Assembly (NCBI GenBank): GCA_003559415.1
Contig: PWLI01000017.1
Coordinates: 1-40,254 of the forward strand
Origin: Clostridiales bacterium
GTDB lineage: Bacteria > Bacillota > Proteinivoracia > UBA4975 > PWLI01
Length of the DNA stretch: 40,254 bases
Reading direction: 5' to 3'
Both the position numbers and the translations under genes were made by a program. The notes under the pieces were generated by a model that did no database searches, had not been told where the DNA came from, and saw nothing but the letters and a program-made list of their open reading frames with translations. This document shows, in pieces, positions 1-13,122 of the stretch; positions within the stretch are counted from its first letter, which is position 1; the number at the start of each line of letters is the position of its first letter.

Positions 1-8
1 AACCACTT

Positions 9-84
9 GCTCACGTAGCTCAGTCGGCAGAGCGTATCCTTGGTAAGGATAAGGTCACCGGTTCAATCCCGGTCGTGAGCTCCA
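9..84 (+). tRNA. tRNA-Thr (anticodon GGT)
   Basis: Hand-folded cloverleaf: acceptor GCTCACG/CGTGAGC, D stem GCTC/GAGC, anticodon stem TATCC/GGATA with loop TTGGTAA, T stem ACCGG/CCGGT with TTCAATC loop, encoded CCA. Confidence 0.9.
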
Positions 85-89
85 TTACC

Positions 90-166
90 GGCGGCGTAGC
101 TCAGCTGGCTAGAGCATGCGGTTCATACCCGCAGTGCCCGGGGTTCGAGTCCCTGCGCCGCCACCA
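90..166 (+). tRNA. tRNA-Met, elongator type (anticodon CAT)
   Basis: Cloverleaf: acceptor GGCGGCG/CGCCGCC (paired 1:72, so not an initiator), anticodon stem TGCGG/CCGCA, loop TTCATAC, T loop TTCGAGT, encoded CCA. Anticodon arm resembles the B. subtilis elongator tRNA-Met as I recall it. A tRNA-Ile2(CAU) identity is not formally excluded. Confidence 0.8.
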
Positions 167-257
167 TTTTCTTGTGTCTGTGAGCTGTAGTTTCATCAGC
201 AATAATTCGGCTCATATAAGCCAACTTAAGTTTTTGAATAAAGGGAGGATGAGCACG

Positions 258-1448
258 TTGGCAAAGAAGAAGTTTGAACGTAACAAGCCCCATGTCAACA
301 TCGGCACAATCGGCCACGTTGACCACGGCAAGACAACCTTGACAGCAGCCATTACCTATGTACTGGCAAGCAAGGGCCTGTCGGAGCAAGTTGATTTTGA
401 CATGATCGACAAGGCTCCGGAAGAAAAGGCCCGGGGTATCACAATCTCCACCGCCCACGTAGAGTACGAAACCGAAAACCGTCATTACGCCCATGTGGAC
501 TGCCCGGGGCACGCTGACTACGTAAAGAACATGATTACCGGTGCTGCTCAAATGGACGGAGCAATCCTCGTTGTTTCTGCAGCTGACGGCCCCATGCCCC
601 AGACCCGGGAACACATTCTTCTGGCTCGCCAGGTAGGCGTTCCCAACATTGTAGTTTACCTCAACAAGGTGGACATGGTAGATGACGAAGAGTTGCTGGA
701 ACTGGTGGAAATGGAAGTTAGGGAACTGCTTAACGAGTACGAGTTCCCCGGCGACGAGATTCCTGTAGTTCGTGGCTCTGCCCTGAAAGCCCTGGAAGAT
801 CCCGACAGTGAGTGGGCAGACAGCATCATGGAGCTGATGGCCGCCGTTGACGAGTATGTTCCCCTTCCCGAGCGGGACATTGACAAGCCCTTCATTATGC
901 CCATTGAAGACGTATTCACCATTACCGGCCGCGGCACAGTTGTTACCGGCCGGGTTGAGCGCGGCACTATCAAGGTAGGCGATGAAGTTGAAATTATCGG
1001 CCTGATGGATGCCCCCCGCAAGACTGTGTGTACTGGCGTGGAAATGTTCCGGAAACTGCTGGACAGCGCAGAAGCCGGCGATAATGTTGGAATTCTGCTT
1101 CGTGGCGTGGAGCGTGACAGCGTCCAGCGTGGACAGGTTCTGGCCAAGCCCGGCAGCATCAAGCCCCACACCAAATTTAAGGCAGAAGTCTATGTCCTGT
1201 CCAAGGAAGAGGGCGGGCGTCACACCGCATTCTTCCATGGATATCGTCCCCAGTTCTACTTCCGCACCACCGACGTTACCGGTGTAGTTTCTCTGGCCGA
1301 GGGAGTAGAGATGGTAATGCCAGGAGACAACGTAAACCTGGACATCGAGCTTATCACTCCCATCGCTATTGAAGAAGGTGTGCGGTTTGCTATCCGCGAA
1401 GGCGGCCGTACCGTTGGTGCCGGAGTAGTTACCGGAATCAATGAGTAG
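258..1448 (+). CDS. tuf: Elongation factor Tu
   Basis: Translation has [35 protein letters not shown] and NKVD GTPase motifs. GGAGG at 244-248 sits 9 nt before TTG 258. ATG 249 abuts the SD and is the alternative start. The track ORF from 75 runs through the tRNAs and is not real. Confidence 0.97.
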   Translation: MAKKKFERNKPHVNIGTIGHVDHGKTTLTAAITYVLASKGLSEQVDFDMIDKAPEEKARGITISTAHVEYETENRHYAHVDCPGHADYVKNMITGAAQMDGAILVVSAADGPMPQTREHILLARQVGVPNIVVYLNKVDMVDDEELLELVEMEVRELLNEYEFPGDEIPVVRGSALKALEDPDSEWADSIMELMAAVDEYVPLPERDIDKPFIMPIEDVFTITGRGTVVTGRVERGTIKVGDEVEIIGLMDAPRKTVCTGVEMFRKLLDSAEAGDNVGILLRGVERDSVQRGQVLAKPGSIKPHTKFKAEVYVLSKEEGGRHTAFFHGYRPQFYFRTTDVTGVVSLAEGVEMVMPGDNVNLDIELITPIAIEEGVRFAIREGGRTVGAGVVTGINE

Positions 1449-1457
1449 ATTGGGCAA

Positions 1458-1483
1458 GTGACCGCTCCGGCGGTCACTTTTTT
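1458..1483 (+). terminator. Intrinsic terminator after tuf
   Basis: GTGACCGC-tccg-GCGGTCAC stem-loop followed by TTTTTT. Confidence 0.8.
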
Positions 1484-1498
1484 GTCCCAGGGGTTATG

Positions 1499-1527
1499 TT
1501 GACAACCCTAGTACTCTGTGTTAGATT
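1499..1527 (+). promoter_or_regulatory. Sigma-A type promoter for rpmG-secE-nusG-rplK...
   Basis: TTGACA (1499-1504), 17-nt spacer, TAGATT (1522-1527), with TG at the extended -10 position. Confidence 0.6.
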
Positions 1528-1579
1528 TGGTTAGTAACAGCAAAAACGGTACAGACATGTACGAGGAGGTGTTGCTGCG

Positions 1580-1729
1580 ATGCGGGTTATTATTACATTG
1601 GCTTGCTCTGAATGTAAGCAGCGCAACTATTCAACCAAGAAAAACAAAAAGAACACACCGGACAGAATAGAGATGAACAAGTACTGCCGGTTCTGCCGGC
1701 AACATACTGCCCATAAAGAAACTAAGTAA
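1580..1729 (+). CDS. rpmG: 50S ribosomal protein L33 (Zn-ribbon C+ form)
   Basis: Not in the ORF track (49 aa). Translation is [54 protein letters not shown] lies 9 nt upstream. Canonical position before secE. Confidence 0.93.
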   Translation: MRVIITLACSECKQRNYSTKKNKKNTPDRIEMNKYCRFCRQHTAHKETK

Positions 1730-1743
1730 CAGGGAGAATCGAA

Positions 1744-1923
1744 ATGGGTAAAATAAAAGGTTTTCTAAAAGGTGTTCGTCGAGAACTGAAAAAAGTCGTA
1801 TGGCCTAACCGCCGCGAGCTGACCACCTACACAACAGTGGTGCTGGTGACGGTAGCTCTGGTGGCCGGAATTATCTGGGTTGTCGATGCCGGGTATCAGC
1901 AAATCCTGCAACTTATTTTTTAG
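1744..1923 (+). CDS. secE: Preprotein translocase subunit SecE
   Basis: 59-aa ORF MGKIKGFLKGVRRELKKVVWPNRRELTTYTTVVLVTVALVAGIIWVVD... with one TM helix and the conserved V-W-P motif. Synteny rpmG-secE-nusG. Confidence 0.9.
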   Translation: MGKIKGFLKGVRRELKKVVWPNRRELTTYTTVVLVTVALVAGIIWVVDAGYQQILQLIF

Positions 1924-1959
1924 CTGTAAAGGGGGTTGGGCCCCTGCGCCCACTTTGTT

Positions 1960-2490
1960 ATGGACATGGATAAAAAATGGTATGTAGTCCATACGTATTC
2001 CGGGTATGAAAACAAGGTAAAGGCCAACCTGGAAAAGCGCATCGTTCACATGAAAATGGAGGACAGAATTTTTCGTGTCCTGGTACCCATGGAAGAGGAA
2101 CTGGAGCGTAAAGGTGGCCAAACCAAGACGGTACAGAAAAAAGTTTTCCCTGGCTACGTTCTTGTGGAGATGGCTTTGACCGATGAGTCCTGGTTTGTTG
2201 TTCGCAACACTCCGGGGGTAACCGGGTTTGTCGGTACAGGCGTCCGTCCCATCCCCCTGGCTGAGTCTGAGCTCAGAACAATTATGCGGCGGATGGGTAT
2301 CAAGGATCCGGTTATCAAGGTTAAGTTCAAAAAAGGCGACAACGTCAAGATTCATCACGGCCCCTTTGCCGGCGTAGTCGGCTCGGTGGACGAAGTGTTG
2401 CCTGAAAAGGGCAAATTAAAGGTCTCGGTGTCAATATTTGGACGGGAGACTCCAATGGAACTGGAATTTGACCAGGTAGAATTGCTATAA
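1960..2490 (+). CDS. nusG: Transcription termination/antitermination factor NusG
   Basis: KKWYVVHTYSGYENKVKANLEKR, FPGYVLVEM and a C-terminal KOW domain. Start is ATG 1960 or ATG 1966; 1966 aligns best with MEKNWYVVHTY of B. subtilis. Confidence 0.95.
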   Translation: MDMDKKWYVVHTYSGYENKVKANLEKRIVHMKMEDRIFRVLVPMEEELERKGGQTKTVQKKVFPGYVLVEMALTDESWFVVRNTPGVTGFVGTGVRPIPLAESELRTIMRRMGIKDPVIKVKFKKGDNVKIHHGPFAGVVGSVDEVLPEKGKLKVSVSIFGRETPMELEFDQVELL

Positions 2491-2515
2491 GAGAATTGTT
2501 CGGGAGGTGTAACCA

Positions 2516-2941
2516 GTGGCTAAAAAAGCGATAAAACAATTAAAGCTGCAAATACCAGCAGGCAAAGCCAACCCTGCGCCGCCTGTCGGCCCTGCTTTGG
2601 GTCAGGCCGGTTTGAATATCATGGCTTTCTGCAAAGAGTTCAATGAAAAGACTGCCAAGCAGGCAGGGCTTATTATTCCTGTTGAGATTACTGTTTATCA
2701 GGACCGTTCTTTCAGCTTTATAACCAAGACCCCTCCGGCTGCAGTGCTGCTGAAAAAGGCGGCAGGAATCGAAAAAGCTTCAGGTGAGCCCAACAAGGTA
2801 AAGGTGGCCACCGTCAAGCGCAGTCAGGTTCGGGAAATTGCCGAAACCAAGATGGAAGACCTCAACGCCGCTGATGTTGAAGCGGCCATGCGCATGGTTG
2901 AAGGAACTGCCCGCAGCATGGGCATCCTGGTAGAAGACTAA
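2516..2941 (+). CDS. rplK: 50S ribosomal protein L11
   Basis: GTG start 8 nt after GGAGG. Translation has [17 protein letters not shown]. Confidence 0.97.
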   Translation: MAKKAIKQLKLQIPAGKANPAPPVGPALGQAGLNIMAFCKEFNEKTAKQAGLIIPVEITVYQDRSFSFITKTPPAAVLLKKAAGIEKASGEPNKVKVATVKRSQVREIAETKMEDLNAADVEAAMRMVEGTARSMGILVED

Positions 2942-2952
2942 TAGTTATTATT

Positions 2953-2982
2953 GTGGGAGGAACCAAGGTTCCGCCATTACCA
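2953..2982 (+). promoter_or_regulatory. Candidate L1-binding autoregulatory hairpin in the rplK-rplA spacer
   Basis: GTGG-GA-GGAACC-AA-GGTTCC-GCCATTA-CCAC nested stems ending directly at the rplA SD (GGGAGG). Assigned only by position and shape. Confidence 0.3.
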
Positions 2983-2996
2983 CGGGAGGTTATAAA

Positions 2997-3704
2997 ATGG
3001 CTACAAATTCCAAAAGAATCGAAGATGCTTTAAAGAAATTTGACCGCAACACGCTGTACGCGCCTCGCGAAGCACTGGAAAAGCTCAAGGAAACTGCTTC
3101 AGCAAAGTTTGATGAAACAGTGGAACTGACTGTCAGGCTGGGAGTCAACCCCCGGCATGCTGACCAGCAGGTTCGCGGTGCAGTGGCCCTGCCCCACGGC
3201 ACGGGCAAGGAAGTAAGGGTGCTGGTGTTTGCCAAGGGCGACAAGGCCAAAGAAGCTGAGCAAGCTGGCGCTGACCATGTGGGCCAGGAAGAATTGGCTG
3301 ACAAGGTAGAAGGCGGCTGGATGGACTTCGACATCGCCGTGGCCACCCCTGATATGATGGGAGTGGTTGGCAAGCTGGGCCGCATCCTCGGCCCCCGGGG
3401 CATGATGCCCAACCCAAAGACGGGCACAGTTACCATGGATGTTGGCCGGGCAGTAAGTGAGATTAAAGCAGGCAAGATCGAGTACCGCACCGAAAAGGCC
3501 GGTATCATCCACGTGCCCATCGGCAAGGCATCCTTTGAAGTTGATCAGTTGCTTGGAAACTTTAAAACTGTGATTGACACCCTGGTCAAAGCCAAACCTG
3601 CTGCTGCCAAGGGTCAATACCTGCGTTCAGTGACCATATCTTCAACCATGGGCCCTGGCATAAAGGTGCACCCCCAGCAGGCAGCTGCTGCCGATAAAGA
3701 ATAA
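2997..3704 (+). CDS. rplA: 50S ribosomal protein L1
   Basis: Translation has [21 protein letters not shown]...[17 protein letters not shown] at 2985-2989. Confidence 0.97.
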   Translation: MATNSKRIEDALKKFDRNTLYAPREALEKLKETASAKFDETVELTVRLGVNPRHADQQVRGAVALPHGTGKEVRVLVFAKGDKAKEAEQAGADHVGQEELADKVEGGWMDFDIAVATPDMMGVVGKLGRILGPRGMMPNPKTGTVTMDVGRAVSEIKAGKIEYRTEKAGIIHVPIGKASFEVDQLLGNFKTVIDTLVKAKPAAAKGQYLRSVTISSTMGPGIKVHPQQAAAADKE

Positions 3705-3711
3705 TAGTCTT

Positions 3712-3872
3712 GACGTAACACCCTGCCGGTGCTAAACTGGTATGGCAATTGAAAAGTATCTGCCGCAGACAGCAGGTGTCCCAAAGGGACATAATGCGAA
3801 GCGCCTGCCGAGGTGGATGGGAAGCGTTATTTTGCATGCTTGTCCCCTCCTCTCGGAGGGGATATTTATTTA
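3712..3872 (+). ncRNA. Ribosomal protein L10 leader (rplJL autoregulatory attenuator)
   Basis: 183-nt untranslated gap before rplJ with several hairpins (e.g. GTCCC-aaa-GGGAC). It ends in TCCCCTCC-tctc-GGAGGGGA (3843-3862) plus a U-rich tract, the Firmicutes L10-leader layout. Confidence 0.6.
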
Positions 3873-3887
3873 CAGGGAGGTGTACTG

Positions 3888-4430
3888 TTGAGCACAGGAG
3901 CGGTATTGGAAGAAAAGAAGAAGCTTGTCAAGGAAATCAGCGACCGCTTGGAGCGATCAGTCGCAGTTGTGTTGACTGACTACCGGGGATTGAATGTGGC
4001 AGAGGCTACCAATCTTCGCCGCGAGCTTCGGGAAGCAGGAGTCGAGTTCAAGGTTATGAAAAACACCCTTGTTCGCTTTGCCTGCGATGAGCTTGAACTG
4101 GAAGGGCTTAAGGAGAACTTGGTAGGGCCCACCGCAATCGCCTTTAGCTATGATGACCCGGTGGCCCCGGCTAAAATTCTTACCAAGTTTGCCAAGGAGC
4201 ATAAAAAGCTTATTATCAAATCCGGGATGGTTGAAGGAAAGATTATAGACAGCAATGGCATAACATCTCTGGCATCCCTGCCTTCCCGGGAAGTGTTGCT
4301 GGCCCAGGTTTTGTCAGGTTTCCAGGCCCCCATCAGCGGTTTTGTCAACGTTATGCAGGGTAACCTGAGAAACTTTGCCCAGGTTGTGGATGCAATCCGG
4401 GAACAAAAAGAACAACAGGGCAACGCATAG
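3888..4430 (+). CDS. rplJ: 50S ribosomal protein L10
   Basis: TTG 3888 is 7 nt after GGAGG (3876-3880). Translation has [32 protein letters not shown]. The track ORF start at 3813 lies inside the leader. Confidence 0.93.
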   Translation: MSTGAVLEEKKKLVKEISDRLERSVAVVLTDYRGLNVAEATNLRRELREAGVEFKVMKNTLVRFACDELELEGLKENLVGPTAIAFSYDDPVAPAKILTKFAKEHKKLIIKSGMVEGKIIDSNGITSLASLPSREVLLAQVLSGFQAPISGFVNVMQGNLRNFAQVVDAIREQKEQQGNA

Positions 4431-4455
4431 CCCGAAAAATCAAGGAGGAATAATA

Positions 4456-4971
4456 ATGGCTGAAACCAAAAAAGAAACTACAAAAAAAGAAACGCCCAAG
4501 AAGGAAACCGCAAAGAAAGAAACTGCAAAGAAAGAAGCACCCAAGAAAGAAACTGCAAAAAAAGAAACTGCAAAAAAAACATCCAAGCAAAACAAAGTCG
4601 AAGAGGTTTTGGAAATCGTCAAGGACATGACCGTTCTGGAACTGTCAGAACTGGTAAAGGCCTGTGAAGAAGAATTTGGCGTTACTGCTGCGGCCCCCAT
4701 GGCCATGGCAGCCATGCCCGCAGCTGGTGGCGGAGCTGCTGCTGAAGCTGCTGAAGAGCAGACAGAATTTGATGTCGTGCTCACCGGTGCCGGCGACCAG
4801 AAAATCAAAGTTATCAAGGTGGTCCGGGAACTGACCGGTTTGGGCCTCAAGGAAGCCAAGGAACTGGTGGACAATGCTCCCAAGCCCGTGAAGGAAAAGG
4901 TCTCCAAAGAAGAGGCTGAAGAAGTAAAGGGCAAAATCGAAGAGGTTGGCGGTTCTGTAGAAGTCAAGTAA
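4456..4971 (+). CDS. rplL: 50S ribosomal protein L7/L12 with N-terminal Lys/Glu/Thr-rich repeat extension
   Basis: AAGGAGG is 6 nt before ATG 4456. The canonical L12 core is [29 protein letters not shown]...[22 protein letters not shown]. It is preceded by [47 protein letters not shown]. Confidence 0.9.
   Translation: MAETKKETTKKETPKKETAKKETAKKEAPKKETAKKETAKKTSKQNKVEEVLEIVKDMTVLELSELVKACEEEFGVTAAAPMAMAAMPAAGGGAAAEAAEEQTEFDVVLTGAGDQKIKVIKVVRELTGLGLKEAKELVDNAPKPVKEKVSKEEAEEVKGKIEEVGGSVEVK
4462..4581 (+). repeat. Eight in-frame tandem 15-nt repeats (xxKKE pentapeptide units) inside rplL
   Basis: Direct reading: gaaaccaaaaaagaa / actacaaaaaaagaa / acgcccaagaaggaa / accgcaaagaaagaa / actgcaaagaaagaa / gcacccaagaaagaa / actgcaaaaaaagaa / actgcaaaaaaaaca. 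Confidence 0.9.
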
Positions 4972-4978
4972 CAAACTC

Positions 4979-5007
4979 AAAGGGCTCCCTTCGGGGAGCC
5001 TTTTTTA
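4979..5007 (+). terminator. Intrinsic terminator after rplL
   Basis: AAGGGCTCCC-ttcg-GGGAGCCTT followed by TTTTT. Confidence 0.85.
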
Positions 5008-5009
5008 GT

Positions 5010-5038
5010 TTGACATACCAGACATATTGTGTTATTAT
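5010..5038 (+). promoter_or_regulatory. Sigma-A type promoter for rpoBC
   Basis: TTGACA (5010-5015), 17-nt spacer, TATTAT (5033-5038). Confidence 0.6.
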
Positions 5039-5152
5039 CTTATCTTGCCATGTAATGCTTATTTTGAGACGGTTTGCGGATATGAACAGTATAATTATCA
5101 GAGGTTTTATCGTTAACGGATGACCGATCAGTTCAAATTTGGACGAGAGGTG

Positions 5153-8100
5153 ATGGTTTTGGCCAAGGCGGTGAATGTGGGGGCAAGGGAAAGGATTAAT
5201 TATTCTCAAATCGCCGAAGTCCTGGACTTGCCTGGTTTGCTGGAAATTCAGCACGAGTCTTACAAGTGGTTCCTTGAAGAAGGTTTGAATGAGATGTTTA
5301 AAGACATCTCGCCCATCAAGGATTTTACCGAAGTGTTGTTGCTGGAGTTTATCTCCTATGATTTGGATGAGCCCAAGTACTCGGTGGATGAGTGCAAAGA
5401 ACGGGATGCCACATACGCTGCTCCCTTGCGGGTCAAGGTGCGCTTGATTAACAAGGAAACAGGGGAGATCAAGGAGCAGGAAGTTTACATGGGCGACTTC
5501 CCCCTGATGACTCAAAACGGGACCTTTATTATTAATGGCGCTGAACGGATAATTGTCAGCCAGCTGGTGCGTTCTCCCGGCGCGTACTATAACAGCAGCA
5601 TAGATGCCTCGGGCAACAAGTTGTTCTCCGGCACGCTGATTCCCAACCGGGGTGCATGGCTGGAATTTGAAACGGACAGCAATGGCGTAATCTGGGTAAG
5701 GGTTGACCGAACCCGTAAATTGCCCATGACGGTGCTGCTCCGGGGTATAGGGTTTGGCACCGATGAAGAGATTGAAGAATTGTTTGGTGCTGATCATCCC
5801 GGGCTGATTGCCACGCTGGAAAAAGATCATACAGAGTCCTTTGAAACCGGATTGCTGGAAATATACAAACGCTTGCGGCCTGGTGAACCTGCCAATGTGG
5901 ACAACGCCCGCACGCTTTTTGAGAACCTGTTTTTTGACCCCAAGCGCTATGACTTGGCTCATGTAGGAAGGTACAAGCTCAACAAAAAACTGGGAGCCCG
6001 CCGTCGCATCCGCAACCGCAAGCTGGCTCAACCAGTTAAAATAAACAACCGTTCTGTTGCCAAGGCAGATCAGGTGCTAAACGACCAACTGTTGGGCAAG
6101 ATATTCAATGCTGAAAATCCTCCAACAGATTTTGTAGTGTACAACAACGAAGGCCTTGCTGTTAAGGTTGTTGACAACGGACAGCCGGAGCGGGGCATCA
6201 ACAACATAACACGCCAGGACATTGTGGCGGTGATTGGTTATCTTCTCAACCTGATGCAGGGCATTGGCGAGACAGATGACATCGACCACCTGGGCAACAG
6301 ACGTCTGCGTTGCGTGGGTGAGCTGCTGCAAAACCAGTTTCGTGTAGGCCTTTCCCGCATGGAACGGGTTGTCAAAGAAAGGATGACAATCCAGGATGTT
6401 GATGCTATCACCCCCCAAGCATTGATCAACATACGGCCTGTCATTGCTGCCATTAAGGAGTTTTTTGGCAGCAGCCAGTTGTCCCAGTTTATGGACCAGA
6501 CAAACCCCCTGGCGGAGTTGAGCCATAAGCGGCGCCTCAGCGCCCTGGGCCCCGGGGGCCTTAGCCGGGACCGGGCGGGCTTTGAAGTCCGGGACGTTCA
6601 CCATTCCCACTATGGCCGCATGTGCCCTATTGAAACGCCGGAGGGCCCCAACATCGGCTTGATTGGCTCTTTGAGCACTTTTGGCCGTGTAAATCGCTAC
6701 GGCTTCATTGAAGTTCCCTACCGGAAAGTTGACCGGGCCAAGGGCCAGGTCACCAAGGAAATTGTATACCTCACTGCCGATGATGAAGACCAGTATGCCA
6801 TTGCCCAGGCCAATGCGGTGCTGGATGAAAAGGGATACTTTGTCAAGGACTCCATTACCATCCGTTTGGGCCATGAGATTACAACCTGTCCGCCCAAGGA
6901 AGTTGACTACATGGATGTGTCTCCCAAGCAGTTGGTAAGTGTGGCCACAAGCCTGATACCCTTCCTGGAAAACGATGATGCCAACCGGGCGCTGATGGGT
7001 GCCAACATGCAGAAACAGGCGGTGCCGCTGCTGGTGAATGAAGCGCCGCTGGTGGGTACCGGCATCGAAGGACGGGTGGCCCGGGACTCAGGTGTGGTCA
7101 TATTGGCCAGAAGCGCCGGTGTGGTGGAAAAAGTGACGGCCGAAGAAGTAATTGTCGCCAGGAAAGACAGAAAGCCCGATGCCATAGTCAACGGCATGAC
7201 AGGCGAGGTGTTTCTCAGCGATACCGGCACCGGCAGGGACATTTACCGTTTAACCAAGTTCCAGAGATCCAACCAGGGTACATGTGTATCCCAGCGGCCT
7301 GTCGTGGTGACGGGCCAGAAAATAGCGGCCGGTGACCTCTTGGCAGACGGCCCCTGCACCGATGGCGGCGAGCTGGCGCTGGGCCGCAACGTTCTGGTTG
7401 GTTTCATGACCTGGGAAGGATATAACTATGAAGACGCCATCCTGATTAGCGAGCGCATGGTCAAGGATGATGTATTTACTTCTGTGCACATAGAAGAATA
7501 CGAAGCAGAAGCCCGGGACACCAAGCTGGGCCCGGAAGAAATTACCAGAGACATTCCCAACATTGGCGATGATGCGCTGAAAAACCTGGATGAAAGGGGC
7601 ATAATCCGCATTGGTGCGGAAGTTCGGCCCAACGACATCCTGGTGGGTAAAGTCACTCCCAAGGGCGAAACAGAGCTCACAGCTGAAGAGCGCCTGCTCA
7701 GGGCAATCTTTGGTGAAAAGGCCCGTGAAGTGCGGGATACTTCGCTGCGGGTGCCCCACGGGGAGTCGGGCATGATTGTTGACGTCAAAGTCTTTGACAG
7801 GGAAAGCGGCGACGAGCTTTCTCCCGGCGTCAACCAATTGGTCAGGGTATTTATTGCCCAAAAACGGAAAATCTCCGTCGGCGACAAAATGGCAGGGCGC
7901 CATGGCAACAAAGGTGTTGTTGCCAAGATATTGCCGGAAGAAGATATGCCGTTTTTGCCTGACGGCACCCCGATAGATGTGATACTCAACCCGCTGGGTG
8001 TTCCCTCCCGGATGAATATTGGCCAGGTGCTGGAAACCCATTTGGGGTGGGCGGCAAAGGTCATGGGCTTTCATGTGGCCAGCCCCGTTTTTGACGGAGC

Positions 8101-8851
8101 CAACGAAGAGGACGTATTTTCCGCCTTGAAAAAAGCTGGCTTGCCCGAGAACGGAAAAACCGTTCTTTACGATGGGCGTGATGGCCACCCCCTGGACAAC
8201 GAGGTTACCGTTGGCTATGTTTACATGCTCAAGCTGGCCCACTTGGTGGACGATAAGATTCACGCCCGTTCCACAGGCCCTTATTCGCTGGTAACCCAGC
8301 AACCGCTGGGTGGCAAGGCCCAGTTTGGCGGACAGCGCTTTGGCGAGATGGAAGTTTGGGCGCTGGAAGCCTACGGTGCGGCCTATACGTTGCAAGAAAT
8401 CCTTACTGTAAAATCAGATGATGTGGTGGGCCGGGTCAAGACCTATGAGTCCATTGTCAAGGGCGACCACATACCCGAACCCGGTGTGCCCGAGTCTTTC
8501 AAGGTGCTGGTCAAAGAATTGCAAAGCCTTGGCCTGGATGTCAGGATTCTCGGCGAAGAGGTTGGAGAGATTGAGATTCGTGACTCTGACGAGTTGGAAG
8601 ACTCCCAAGAGCTGGAAGTAAACCTTGAACAGGAAATTGACCAGCAAGAAGAGGATGCCGACGAAGACTTGGCAGAAGAAGTTGTTGACGAGAACCAGGA
8701 GCAGGAAGAGGCGGCTGCCGAGCCACAATTGGATGATGACCCCGATGATGATTTGGAGCGCTTTGCTGACATGGAAGAAGTGTTTGATGAAGAGGACAAG
8801 CCCGCCGGGCGGCGCTCCCGCAAGAAACAGCAGGATGATAAGGAAGAATAA
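5153..8851 (+). CDS. rpoB: DNA-directed RNA polymerase subunit beta
   Basis: [43 protein letters not shown] and [14 protein letters not shown] motifs. ATG 5153 leaves 17 residues before the conserved SQIAEVL block, as in B. subtilis. ATG 5120 is the alternative start. Confidence 0.96.
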   Translation: MVLAKAVNVGARERINYSQIAEVLDLPGLLEIQHESYKWFLEEGLNEMFKDISPIKDFTEVLLLEFISYDLDEPKYSVDECKERDATYAAPLRVKVRLINKETGEIKEQEVYMGDFPLMTQNGTFIINGAERIIVSQLVRSPGAYYNSSIDASGNKLFSGTLIPNRGAWLEFETDSNGVIWVRVDRTRKLPMTVLLRGIGFGTDEEIEELFGADHPGLIATLEKDHTESFETGLLEIYKRLRPGEPANVDNARTLFENLFFDPKRYDLAHVGRYKLNKKLGARRRIRNRKLAQPVKINNRSVAKADQVLNDQLLGKIFNAENPPTDFVVYNNEGLAVKVVDNGQPERGINNITRQDIVAVIGYLLNLMQGIGETDDIDHLGNRRLRCVGELLQNQFRVGLSRMERVVKERMTIQDVDAITPQALINIRPVIAAIKEFFGSSQLSQFMDQTNPLAELSHKRRLSALGPGGLSRDRAGFEVRDVHHSHYGRMCPIETPEGPNIGLIGSLSTFGRVNRYGFIEVPYRKVDRAKGQVTKEIVYLTADDEDQYAIAQANAVLDEKGYFVKDSITIRLGHEITTCPPKEVDYMDVSPKQLVSVATSLIPFLENDDANRALMGANMQKQAVPLLVNEAPLVGTGIEGRVARDSGVVILARSAGVVEKVTAEEVIVARKDRKPDAIVNGMTGEVFLSDTGTGRDIYRLTKFQRSNQGTCVSQRPVVVTGQKIAAGDLLADGPCTDGGELALGRNVLVGFMTWEGYNYEDAILISERMVKDDVFTSVHIEEYEAEARDTKLGPEEITRDIPNIGDDALKNLDERGIIRIGAEVRPNDILVGKVTPKGETELTAEERLLRAIFGEKAREVRDTSLRVPHGESGMIVDVKVFDRESGDELSPGVNQLVRVFIAQKRKISVGDKMAGRHGNKGVVAKILPEEDMPFLPDGTPIDVILNPLGVPSRMNIGQVLETHLGWAAKVMGFHVASPVFDGANEEDVFSALKKAGLPENGKTVLYDGRDGHPLDNEVTVGYVYMLKLAHLVDDKIHARSTGPYSLVTQQPLGGKAQFGGQRFGEMEVWALEAYGAAYTLQEILTVKSDDVVGRVKTYESIVKGDHIPEPGVPESFKVLVKELQSLGLDVRILGEEVGEIEIRDSDELEDSQELEVNLEQEIDQQEEDADEDLAEEVVDENQEQEEAAAEPQLDDDPDDDLERFADMEEVFDEEDKPAGRRSRKKQQDDKEE

Positions 8852-8890
8852 AGTTCAACCCAAACCAATAATCATGAAGGGGGAAAAGCC

Positions 8891-12732
<3,842 letters not shown>

Positions 12733-12736
<4 letters not shown>

Positions 12737-12761
12737 CACAGGGCACTACGGGTGGTAATAT
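12733..12761 (+). promoter_or_regulatory. Sigma-A type promoter for the L7Ae-rpsL-rpsG-fusA (str) operon
   Basis: TTGACA overlaps the rpoC stop (12733-12738), then a 17-nt spacer and TAATAT (12756-12761). Confidence 0.5.
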
Positions 12762-12804
12762 AATTAAGTGTCCATTTGCCGCAACAGGAGGTTCTGGCTA
12801 ACAA

Positions 12805-13062
12805 ATGAAAAACCCTGATTTGCCCGATTTATCGGGGGAAATGTTGCTTGTTGGTTTGAAACAAACACGCCAGGCGCTGGAAAAAGGCCGGGTCAGCAAA
12901 GTGTTTGTTGCCAGGGATGCCGAACCTTGCCTGGTTCAGCCGTTGGTTGAAACCTGTCGCAAGTCAGGCATACCCACAGAAGAAATTGCCAGCATGCGAG
13001 AGTTAGGCGCAGCTTGCGGCATTCATGTAGGTGCAGCAGCCGCAGCCATATTGCTAAAATAG
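12805..13062 (+). CDS. Ribosomal L7Ae/L30e family protein (YbxF-like K-turn binding protein)
   Basis: LVGLKQTRQALEKGRVSKVFVARDAEP...LGAACGIHVGAAAAAIL resembles B. subtilis YbxF. Same rpoC-ybxF-rpsL synteny. Confidence 0.88.
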   Translation: MKNPDLPDLSGEMLLVGLKQTRQALEKGRVSKVFVARDAEPCLVQPLVETCRKSGIPTEEIASMRELGAACGIHVGAAAAAILLK

Positions 13063-13067
13063 TATAG

Positions 13068-13091
13068 CTGCCCGGCCGGCCGGCCGGGCAG
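13068..13091 (+). repeat. Perfect 24-nt GC-rich palindrome (hairpin) between L7Ae gene and rpsL
   Basis: CTGCCCGGCCGGCCGGCCGGGCAG is its own reverse complement. It is followed by only a weak TTTAT tract. Confidence 0.7.
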
Positions 13092-13122
13092 TTTATCCCA
13101 AATTCCGGAAGGAGGTGCTAGC

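Noticed and set aside
75-257. N-terminal extension of the tuf ORF in the track (start at 75).
   Set aside because: It reads through two tRNA genes. The conserved EF-Tu N-terminus and SD place the start at 249/258.
1009-1287. Small same-strand alternative-frame ORFs inside tuf. The same applies elsewhere, e.g. 9045-9296, 17248-17451 and 23766-24095.
   Set aside because: They are out-of-frame overlaps of conserved genes, with no independent start signals or recognisable products.
123-1457. 444-aa ORF on the minus strand opposite tuf.
   Set aside because: It exactly mirrors a highly conserved, strongly supported + strand gene. The translation is low-complexity with no recognisable motifs and no SD. 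This is a typical stop-poor antisense frame.
3813-3887. Upstream extension of the rplJ ORF, and the 3749-3979 ORF.
   Set aside because: Both lie in the structured L10 leader and attenuator hairpin. The SD plus TTG at 3888 gives a canonical L10 N-terminus.
4462-4581. Considered whether the 15-nt tandem array is a CRISPR-like or non-coding minisatellite.
   Set aside because: There are no spacers, the period is a multiple of three, and the array is in frame with and contiguous to a conserved L12 core. It is a coding repeat.
4351-4590. Minus-strand Phe/Cys-rich ORF (FFFCSFFL...).
   Set aside because: It is simply the reverse complement of the AAG/AAA/GAA-rich KKE repeat in rplL.
4964-6031. 355-aa minus-strand ORF. 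Similar long antisense ORFs lie at 6077-6874, 7250-8395, 8855-9637, 27083-28084, 28613-29782 and 37076-38107.
   Set aside because: All lie antisense to well-supported genes (rpoB, rpoC, map, rpsM/K/D, the sigma-54 activator). None has family-like motifs or start signals. They are shadow ORFs caused by codon bias.
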